64,000 nucleotides of DNA, taken from assembly GCA_028023455.1 (NCBI GenBank), contig JAQFVV010000002.1:3720001-3784000 (forward strand), written 5' to 3'. Positions within the stretch are counted from its first letter, which is position 1. Each line of letters begins with the position of its first letter. The translations under genes were made by a program, and so were the position numbers. Below, piece after piece: positions 54,289 through 64,000 of the stretch. The notes below the pieces were generated by a model that saw nothing but the letters and a program-made list of their open reading frames with translations, did not search any database and was not told the DNA's origin. This stretch comes from Epiperipatus broadwayi. Its lineage: Eukaryota; Animalia; Onychophora.

Positions 54289-55515
54289 TCAACTCCAACT
54301 AATAATAGGTCTCAATGGTATATCTATTTTATGTACCTTAGGTATGCCGTAAATAAAGGCATCTTTATAATCCATTTTTTTTAAACTCATCATATCTATA
54401 TTACCAATATAGTTCATATTATATAAAACAGTAACTATTTCATTAATACTTTTTATTTTATCAAAATACTCCCTTTTATTAATTTTTTTAAAATAATTAC
54501 CCTCTAATAATTTATTCATTTTTATATCATATTCATATTTTTCCATAATAATCATACTAGTTGTTTTATCACCTCTTAAAAATACCAAGTTTTTATATTT
54601 ACACTTAATACTATTAATTAAATTCCATTCCCTTAAATAATCATATTTATAATTAATTATACCATTTTTTAAATTATATATCAAACAATCCATTTTATAT
54701 TTAAATTCCTGCAACATTAATTCTTTATTACCAACTAAAACATTTTCATCACTTTTATTATCATTATTCTTACATTCTTTCTTTATTTTATCTAACAACA
54801 AAGAATTTTTTGACTCTATTTCAAAAATATTTCTATCATTATTAATATACCTATTTGGAATATATTTTAACCCTTTTTCTAACAATTTCATTTCCTCATA
54901 ATTAAACTCTACTTTTGTTAAATTAATAATAAAATTATCTTTATAAATCTTTTTACCACATATAATTTCTTTATTATAATTTTTATCTTTATTCTTTATA
55001 TCATATTTCACCCTTATATTTCTATCATTAATTAAATTATATATTTTTTTATCATGCCTATTTTTAATATTCTTCTTATAATTATTAACTTTATAAACAA
55101 AACAATATTTCAATATATTATCTTCTTCCAAAGTAATAATCCTCTTTAATATATTATAAATATTTCTAACCTTATCAATAAATATCTTTTTTTCTTTATA
55201 TAATATTTTAACATATTTCTTCATCAATTTCCTTTGTAAAATTACCATATATTTATCATTAAATATATTTTTAAACACGCTAAATCTAATAAATCTGGGA
55301 ATAACATTATTACTATAACAATTTTTTATAAAATTAATATCAAATTGCCTCTTAACAATTTTCAATTTCCATTTTATCCATTCATTACAAACTTTTATTA
55401 TATATTTTACCTCTTTAACATTATTAACAACCATTTTTATTCTATTAACAAACCTTCTAAAATTCCATTCTTTATAATTTTCCATTTTTAACAACAACTC
55501 TAATATACAACTCAT
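54289..55515 (-). CDS. PLE protein, N-terminal part to the start of RT (frameshifted)
   Basis: PLE-typical motifs FIKNCYSNNVIPRFIRF, LLEKGLKYIP, RGDKTTSMIIM, IYGIPKVHKIDIPLRPIIS. Confidence 0.88.
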   Translation of the reverse strand: MSCILELLLKMENYKEWNFRRFVNRIKMVVNNVKEVKYIIKVCNEWIKWKLKIVKRQFDINFIKNCYSNNVIPRFIRFSVFKNIFNDKYMVILQRKLMKKYVKILYKEKKIFIDKVRNIYNILKRIITLEEDNILKYCFVYKVNNYKKNIKNRHDKKIYNLINDRNIRVKYDIKNKDKNYNKEIICGKKIYKDNFIINLTKVEFNYEEMKLLEKGLKYIPNRYINNDRNIFEIESKNSLLLDKIKKECKNNDNKSDENVLVGNKELMLQEFKYKMDCLIYNLKNGIINYKYDYLREWNLINSIKCKYKNLVFLRGDKTTSMIIMEKYEYDIKMNKLLEGNYFKKINKREYFDKIKSINEIVTVLYNMNYIGNIDMMSLKKMDYKDAFIYGIPKVHKIDIPLRPIISWS

Positions 55516-55864
55516 AACATATGCAACAAATAATAATTATATCATAATATCCATATACTATTTATAAAATATATCCCAACATAATAATTTAATACAATAT
55601 AATCTAATATCAACCAAATATATAATATCACTAGACAATCTTCTATAATTTTTTTATAAATATACAATCATACGATTCTTTTTTACGAATCCAAAAATAA
55701 AATTTATAACATAAACAATCCTCATTAAACGTCCTTCTTTCTATACAATAAAAAACATATCATATAAAATAATTTATATATCATGTATTATTTATCTTCC
55801 ATGTATCTTCCGTGTATTTTCCAATAATCCAATCTTCCTATATACCATTACAAGTTTACTTGAT

Positions 55865-56457
55865 TATTCATAACAAATAAAAATCTTCCACCATTCTTTT
55901 TTAAAAAATATATAGTCAATACATATCATTCATTAATCAATAAATCTTCACCATAATCTTTTTAAAAACTTTTATTTTCATCATATATATTTAAAATCCT
56001 TTCAAATTCTTCATATTCCAACGTTTCGATTGTTTTTAATTACAATCATTTTCAAGGCAAAACTACAAAATACACAGAAATAATTGAATAAATAAAAATA
56101 CAAATACATCTTATAACTCTACATAAATACCAAAAATTGTATTATAATAATTTAAAAATAAATAATCATACAAATTATACCATTAAATAATACATTTACA
56201 TTCTATTATCTTATCCAATTTTTTAAAATAACTCCTATTACAAATTAATACTATAAACAATAATAAAAATAACCAATAAAACAATTTAAACATTACCTAT
56301 AAACTTCTATTTTATTTATATCATATTATATTTTATCTTTTACCAATGCCATTTTACCAATTCCATTCCAAATAAATACCTTAAATCATTTAAATATACC
56401 CTTATTTAAATACTTTCATAGTACTTTTAAACACATTGTTTAATACATTCCTTTTAA
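55865..56457 (-). repeat. PLE upstream pseudo-LTR (copy B, direct)
   Basis: Direct repeat of 52274-52866. Confidence 0.93.
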
Positions 56458-57035
56458 ATTAAATCCAGTGTTAAATAAAATAAATGGTATATAGAGGTGT
56501 TAAAAGGAATGTATTAAACAATGTGTTTAAAAGTACTATGAAAGTATTTAAATAAGGGTATATTTAAATGATTTAAGGTATTTATTTGGAATGGAATTGG
56601 TAAAATGGCATTGGTAAAAGATAAAATATAATATGATATAAATAAAATAGAAGTTTATAGGTAATGTTTAAATTGTTTTATTGGTTATTTTTATTATTGT
56701 TTATAGTATTAATTTGTAATAGGAGTTATTTTAAAAAATTGGATAAGATAATAGAATGTAAATGTATTATTTAATGGTATAATTTGTATGATTATTTATT
56801 TTTAAATTATTATAATACAATTTTTGGTATTTATGTAGAGTTATAAGATGTATTTGTATTTTTATTTATTCAATTATTTCTGTGTATTTTGTAGTTTTGC
56901 CTTGAAAATGATTGTAATTAAAAACAATCGAAACGTTGGAATATGAAGAATTTGAAAGGATTTTAAATATATATGATGAAAATAAAAGTTTTTAAAAAGA
57001 TTATGGTGAAGATTTATTGATTAATGAATGATATG
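56456..57035 (+). repeat. PLE inverted pseudo-LTR plus the last ~40 nt of the ORF (copy C)
   Basis: Reverse complement of 52331-52910. Forms 536-bp inverted arms with copy B (55922-56457 / 56500-57035). Confidence 0.93.
56896..56943 (+). ncRNA. Variant hammerhead-like motif in the PLE pLTR (also in copies A and B, minus strand)
   Basis: gcCTTGAAAAT-GATTG taattaaaaa CAATC-GAAACGTTgg: 5-bp helix II, GAAA box and AACGTT palindrome. The 5' core is non-canonical and helix I is weak. Confidence 0.5.
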
Positions 57036-59889
57036 GTTCACTATTATGTCAATACTCAAGATCTTATCTGAGATATAAACTCAAACATGTAAGTTTTATA
57101 AATATAAGGATTTGAATGAATCACACCTTTACCATAAATAACAAATCATCTATTTCTAAAAGCTATATATATATATATATATTGGATTAATGAATCCATA
57201 GTGGTTGCCATATTGTTTACAAATATCAGAGAATTACCAATTTCTGACACTGCTCCTAAGAAGTGTTTAATATAAATATCATTTTAATTTTTTATAACCA
57301 ACATTATTTTACAATAAGTATTAAAATATTTGCATAAAAAATTAAAATATAAAGCAATAAAATCACAAAAATGAAAAAAAGTCACTTTTTTAGTTGATTG
57401 ATTTTTTATAATCAGTTATTACAATGAAACAAATTTGCTTTCTATTATTATTGCCATTAGTTATAATAAGTTTTATAATATTTGTTTAAAATGTAGAGAA
57501 AAGAAAATGGTCATTTGAAAAAGATACAAAAAAAAATTTAGATCACAAGATATATGAAATACTGGTAAATCAAAAAAGGGGCATAAAATTTAAACTATGT
57601 GAGTGAAATTCAAACTAATTTAATTTTCAAAAAATATAGATGTACATAGAATAATACTCAGATACCTATTCAATTTAAAAAAACAATATGAAATTAAAGC
57701 ATTTGAAAATTGATATTATATAATAGATCATTGTAGGCATATGGATTAAAAAATAAGCAAATGAAAAAGTGTGAAAATTTAATATAAAATGTAAAAAAAA
57801 CAACAATGTTTTTAAATAAATAACAACCAAATAAAATTGATAATCCCTAACTAAACCATATGCTTTAGCAATCAACAATACCCTTTTCTTTGAATTTTCT
57901 TACAGATAAAAAGGTGGTTCATTTTATCTGAAATCTCAAAACTTATATAAGACATAAACTGAGACAAACACTTTTATAAGTATGTTTATATCAATTTTTA
58001 TTAATATTTAATATTCTAGCCAATAAAACTGTCAGCTTATCAATCATATTATTATTGTAATTAATTTATCTTTGGAACATATGTTTCAAAAGGAACCTCT
58101 TTCATCAGCTGTCTCAAATCATAACTGATCTCTCACAAAATACACGGATCATATATATTAATACAAATCTAGAAAAATTTAAATATAAATAATAGATAAA
58201 ACCTTATCTAACCAGGAACACAATTGGGCAACCAAGGAAAAGTTTTTTTAAGCATGTCCGACTTATTTTATTGGTTCATCTTCAGTTACATAGTGATCTT
58301 ATGATTTATATAACTAACAATATAATTGTTTAAAATATTTAATGTTAATAGTATCATTACTAATACAATAAATATATAAATGGAAATTAAATCATTATAT
58401 CCATATAAAAATCCAGAGATAACTTTATCATTGATATTGCTAGTAAACTATCAATTATTAATTGACAGTCTTGATGCTAAACAAGTTTTCTCTATCAATC
58501 CATAATAGCTTTTTTTGTCTTAGGTTTAAATAAAAATAAACTTTTAACTCCAATTATTATAAGGATTTAAACCATGATAATTATTTTTATATGTATTAGA
58601 ATCTAGAAAACCCATGATTTTCCTTGACATCTTGCAAATAATAATTCATCTTCCCCAGAAAATTATATATGTCAAATTAAATATTTCCATATATAAACAA
58701 TAAAAATTGAGGAATTACATCTATGAGAACAATCAGATGTCACTTTATTTTTGATGTTGCCAGGAAATCATGAATTATTAATTGAGAGGGTAAACAAGCT
58801 TTTCTATTAAATTTATGAAAATATTTAATTTAACATAGACACTTTATATATATATGACTGAGAAGGCTTAGAAATGTTTTTAAAGTAGTGGATATATAAG
58901 CAACTGTTTTGACATCTAATTACTGACTGGCAAGTAGATACCAGTTATTTTTATCTAAAAAATAAAATAGAAAATGAACTTTTTAAACCTTTCACATCCG
59001 ACAATTTACATGTCTTACTGCTAATATATTTTCTTTCAATGTTTGTTTAGGAGAGCTGGTGGAGAGAATTTTTGTTCTGCACTGGTCTATATTATTGTTG
59101 ATAATTTTGCAGTACTATTGGTATAATTTCTGTAAATATAAAATATATTATGGTCTATTTGAAAAAAAAAAAAACCAATTTTCCAGTGTTCAGATGATTA
59201 CCTTACTTATATTTTTTCGTGTTTATATAAATTATAACAGGAATTTTGCAAAATTATCATCAATAACATAATCCAGAGCAGAGTTGCATATTTTTAAAGC
59301 CATAAAATTCTTTGCATGCACAAAAAATTTTGCTTTGATATTTAATAATAATGAATTGCCATGATATACATTTTTTTTATTATAATCTGTTTGAAATAAT
59401 ATTGAATTTTTTTAGTAATCCGATGATTATCTTACTTATAAAAAAATTATATTTCATGACAATTCATTATTACTAAATATCAAAGGAAACTATACATACC
59501 CATATATCATCCAGCGCATAATGCTATACTGAAATAAATATACAAATATTAAGCATTAAATTACGTTTTGAGCTGGCTATTTTGAAATACGAATTCTAAT
59601 GTATTTATATATTAGTTCACAGAGGGCGGTATTGGATTTTTTAACCATGTGGGGTGACTTAATGCTTAATACACACACATATATATATATATTAAATTAA
59701 TAATTTTTAACAGATGTTATTGATAAAATATTTTAATATTTAAAACTATCTGCATATTGTCATATTAGAAAAATTACTGATGGTAATAGACAATAATCAA
59801 TAAAAATAGTAAACTGTAAATGTTTCCTGCATTCAAAAAGGTATCTCATCTAAATGCAATCTCTTGGTATTATATAAAGACTAATATGA

Positions 59890-61960
59890 AAATATATTAC
59901 AGTTGATATTCCTAATCTTCAGAAACATTCTAATGAATTTAAATTAGAACTTACAAATCGGTTTCAAGTATTAATAGATTTTGAACATGATTCAGATTTG
60001 AATGAAATTAATATGAAAATAACTGATACACTTTTGAAAACTGCAACAAAGATAGCTGGTAGAAAGAAACAGCAATTGATCAATAAAATTTCTACTGAGA
60101 CTAGAGAATTTATGAAGAAAAGAAGGAATATGAAGATATACAAAAATGATGCATTAAAAAGAATTGAATATCTCGAATTTTGTAAAATGGTGCGGAAAAG
60201 AGTTGAAAATGATATAAGAAAGTATAACTGTGAACTAGCAAGGAAAGCTGTAGAAGAAAATAAAAGTCTTAAGAATGTAAAACAACATTTTGGTATTGGT
60301 AGGAAATTTATATCTGCAATAAGAAAAAAAGATGGAATTATTACTAAAAGGAGAGATGACATCATGAAATTGGTAGAAGATTTTTATCAAGAATTATATA
60401 GTAATAAAGAACAAGTACCTCCTATATCTATTACATCTTCCAAATTGCCCAGAATTTTAAATGAAGAAGTGAGACATGCAATTAAATGTATGAAGAAAGG
60501 AAAGGCTCCAGGTAATGATGGAATTATAATTGATATATTAAAAGAAGCAGGTGAAGAAATAGAAATTTTTTTTTAGCAAAGTTATATACCAAATGTCTAA
60601 ATGATAAAGATGTACTGGATGATTGGAAGAATGCAGTAATAATATTAATATTTAAAAAAGGTGATAAAGAAGATATTAGAAATTACAGACCTCTCAGCCT
60701 TTTATCAGTTTTATATAAAATTTTTACCAAGATAATTACTACTCGTCTACAGAGAACATTGGATTTCCACCAACCAAGAGAACAAGCCGGATTTAAAAGT
60801 GGTTTTAGTACAGTAGATCATATCCAGGTATTGAGAGAAGTTATAGAAAGGACAAATGAATATGAGTTGCCATTATGCTTAGGATTTGTAGATTATGAAA
60901 AGGCATTTGATTCTATAAACATTTCTTCAGTGATTAAAGCATTAGATTATCAAGGTATAGATCCAGGATATTGTCATATTTTAAAGAATATTTATAAAAA
61001 TGCAACAGCAACAATTAGATTACATAATGACACTGGGAAAGTCAACATTGAGAAAGGTGTAAGACAAGGTGACTCCATATCTCCAAAATTTTTTACAGCA
61101 GTGCTGCATGAAGTATTTTGTGGATTAAAATGGGAAACTAAAGGAGTGAAAGTAAGTGGTGATTATTTAAGTCATTTAGTTTTCGCAGATGATGTAGTTG
61201 TTTTTGCAAATAATGCTTCAGATCTGCAGGAAATGTTGCAGGAATTATCAGATGAAAGTAGGAAAGTAGGACTAAAGATAAATGTTAAAAAGACTAAAGT
61301 AATGTTTAATCGATTTGCTCAAAATATGAAAATAAAGATTGATTATGATGAATTAGAAGAAGTTAACAGTTACAAATACCTTGGTCAGATTATTAATACA
61401 GATGGAAACATAATGGAAGAAATTAATCATAGAATTAAACTTGGTTGGAGTGCTTTTGGTAGAAATAACTTGATACTAAAAGGAAATATGCCTATGTGTT
61501 TGAAAAGGAAGGTTTTTAACAAATGTGTTTTACCAGTTCTTACTTATGGATCTGAGACTTGGACACTTAATAGAAGAGCAATTCAGAGACTTCAGACCAC
61601 TCAAAGAAGTATGGAGAGATGTATGTTGGGAGTAACAAGAAGAGATCTTAAACGCAATGTATGGGTAAGAGAACAAACAGGTGTTACTGACCTCATTGAA
61701 AAAATTAAAAGATTGAAGTGGAGTTGGGCTGGACATATTGTTAGAAGAGATGATAATAGATGGACAATTGAAATTTTAAACTGGATTCCAAGAGATTGTA
61801 AAAGACCCAGAAAGAGACCACATGTGAGATGGATGGATGAAATAAGAAAGTGTGCAGGGGTGATGTGGAGAAGAGAAGCTAAAGATCGGAGAAGATGGAT
61901 TAAACTTGGAGAGACCTTCATCCTGCAGTGGATTGATAATGGTTGATAATGATGATGATA
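59890..61960 (+). mobile_element. 5'-truncated RTE-clade non-LTR retrotransposon
   Basis: Linker FKLELTNRFQVL, KAPGNDG, full RT, RTE-type C-terminus WAGHIVRRDDNRWT...DRRRW, (GAT)n tail. No APE domain present. Confidence 0.93.
59998..61946 (+). pseudogene. RTE ORF (RT) interrupted by one frameshift in a T9 run at 60566-60574
   Basis: After the shift the frame reads LAKLYTKCL...NYRPLSLLSVLYKIFTK straight into QAGFKSGFSTVDHI, FVDYEKAFDSI, GVRQGDSISP, FADDVV without stops. Confidence 0.9.
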
Positions 61961-62131
61961 GTCGTTTTAACATATTAAAATATTTCAATCATAAAGTCTC
62001 TTTATAATTATTAGTTTATAACATCTAAATGACTAGTGGAGCAGTCTATTATTAATAAAGAATATGTGAAAGGGTATAAGCTTTTTTTTTCTTAAACTGT
62101 AAATTAATACTGTGGCACTTTAATCTCTATA

Positions 62132-62731
62132 CAGGGTGACCCAAAAGTAGGTTTACAGTTATTACGTAGACTATTTATTTGAAAATTCAGGTTTTAATTT
62201 CAGTTTATGCATTAGCGTTGCAATGGTGTACTTGGTATGAATAGTTCTGCAGAAGTATGTCATGTGGATTTCCTTGGACTGTTCACAAATGTCATAGCCA
62301 CTAACATTTCATTTTCTTTGGTGTTAGAAGTTTTAGGATGTCCAGATTTCGGTGCATTACTCACTGAACCTGTTTCATCAAATTTTTTCCTTAGACAATA
62401 AACTGTTTGTAGTGAAGGTGGAGAAATGTTAAAAGTTTCTTGCCATGCTGCACATACCATCTTGGCATTTTCAGACTTCCAATACTGCTTTAATATCAAT
62501 TTCCTTTGCTCTTGATTTAAATGGTTTGCCATTAATCCTGAAATAAAAAATATCAACAAGTAAAAAGTTAGCATTACATAATAAAATAAATTACAATCAG
62601 CAAGGAAAAAGCTGTTTATGTAAGTTAGATTTATACTCTGAGGAATGTTTTATATTGGCATTACTAAGCAAGTAACTTCAACCATATAAAAGGTAGTTTA
62701 ATAACTGTAAACCTATTTTTGGGCCACCCTG
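62132..62731 (-). mobile_element. Internally deleted Tc1/mariner-superfamily element (600 bp)
   Basis: TIRs CAGGGTG(A/G)CCCAAAA.TAGGTTTACAGTTATTA with TA on both sides. Encodes only the transposase N-terminal HTH (MANHLNQEQR...KFDETGSVSNAPKSGHP...SPRKST) from ATG at 62532; catalytic domain absent. Confidence 0.92.
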
Positions 62732-64000
62732 TATAATATCAAGAGATTGCATCAGAATGGAAGAAGCATTTACAGTTTACTATTTTCATTGATTCCTGTC
62801 TATTAACACCTGATCATATTTTTTTAATATGAAAATATTAAAATATTTCAATGTATATATATTCTAATAATTTTAATTAGCATGCAAATAATTTTATGGC
62901 TTTAAAATATGCATGACTAAAATTATAAACCCACTCATGGAACAATCAAATCTGAACATGTTAGTAAGATAATTCACAAGCAAGATTACTAAAAAGTATA
63001 TAAATAAACTTGCAATGTTCACCCTTTGTTATATAAATGTCAATCTATGTTGTTATTAAAATGTTTAGATATTCATCTAAGGTTAATATTTAAAATTGTT
63101 TCTGTTAGTAGACAGTTTCAGCCTTTTAGAGTATCACAGCTTGAATTATTACTATATAACAGATCATCTTTTATCTGATAAAATTAATTGGCATTGATAC
63201 AACAAAAAGTGAGTAATTTGCAAGTTCATGTAAATGATTCTTTAACAAACTTGTTTGTGAATTATCTTAATATATTTAGATGTGTTTGTTCTATAAATGG
63301 GTACATATGCATATAGACATTAGCCAGGTTTATTTTTAATATGGCTATAATTACCAATCTGTTGTAATGATATTTTGCCTACAACATATATGTCAGCAGC
63401 AAGATAAGAAATGTTATCTTAAAAACAGTGTATAGCATTAAAAGCAACATGTAGAATAAGTTGAAACTTCCAATAAAAAGAAAAATAATAAATTTTAAAT
63501 ATGTAAAGAGATGGAGAAGTAATAAAAACAATAATCTGATATAAAATTAGCAACTGTTTACTATTAAAAAAATTAAAGCCCATTAATCAAAACACCAGCT
63601 GGTTTACATCATATTAGTTACCCACCGCCATCCCTCTCCTCCTTTCATGTATATAAAAATGTCTATTTTTATTTTTATTAAATGATTTTTTAATCTTGTT
63701 CCAAATGTTATTTGCAGTATGGCAGATGTAATACAGCTGAAACAGTTTTACAATGTATTGTTTGTTAATGACACAACAAAAAAACTAGATAATAAATATT
63801 TTATATTTTTTGCCCATAAATGTCTTTAGTTTAATATTCACAAATATTATGTGTGTTAATATTTGAAAGGTTCTTCTATGAAAAAATATTTTATGAAACT
63901 AAAATTAAAAATCAAATGACTTTTAGAAGACTGAAATACAAAAAATAAAGCATACATCACAGTATTTTATTAGATATCAAAAAAAATATTACACTTCAAA

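Larger units (their letters stand above)
52274..57035 (-). mobile_element. Penelope-like retroelement (PLE), complete insertion with direct and inverted pseudo-LTRs
   Basis: RT + GIY-YIG ORF. 593-bp direct repeats 52274-52866 and 55865-56457. Inverted copy 56456-57035 equals the reverse complement of 52331-52910. TSD TGGTTCACTATT at 52266-52277 and 57034-57045. Confidence 0.95.

Noticed and set aside
59964-61988. Minus-strand ORFs over the RTE, and 51366-51728 (+)
   Set aside because: Antisense shadows of the RTE coding sequence.

Overview
Very AT-rich, CpG-depleted eukaryotic (probably invertebrate animal) DNA dominated by mobile elements. I could not recognise any host protein-coding gene; the short ORFs outside the elements look spurious. 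The window contains: (i) a very recent Penelope-like retroelement (RT + C-terminal GIY-YIG, one frameshift) at 52274-57035, with direct pseudo-LTRs, a 5' inverted pseudo-LTR, a 12-bp TSD and a variant hammerhead-like motif; (ii) a 5'-truncated RTE-type LINE plus a second fragment; (iii) an internally deleted Tc1/mariner element; (iv) a non-autonomous hAT element with an 8-bp TSD; (v) Kolobok-like TTAA MITEs and several foldbacks; (vi) five copies of a tRNA-Gly(TCC)-only SINE sharing a leader/trailer extension of the acceptor stem and an A58->C change; (vii) a dispersed ~400-450-bp non-coding repeat family carrying a minimal type I hammerhead ribozyme with a palindromic helix III, in tandem and inverted arrangements (retrozyme-like or solo PLE pLTR); (viii) a CpG-retaining putative promoter near 26.2 kb. 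All alignments were made by eye, so boundaries of old repeats are approximate.
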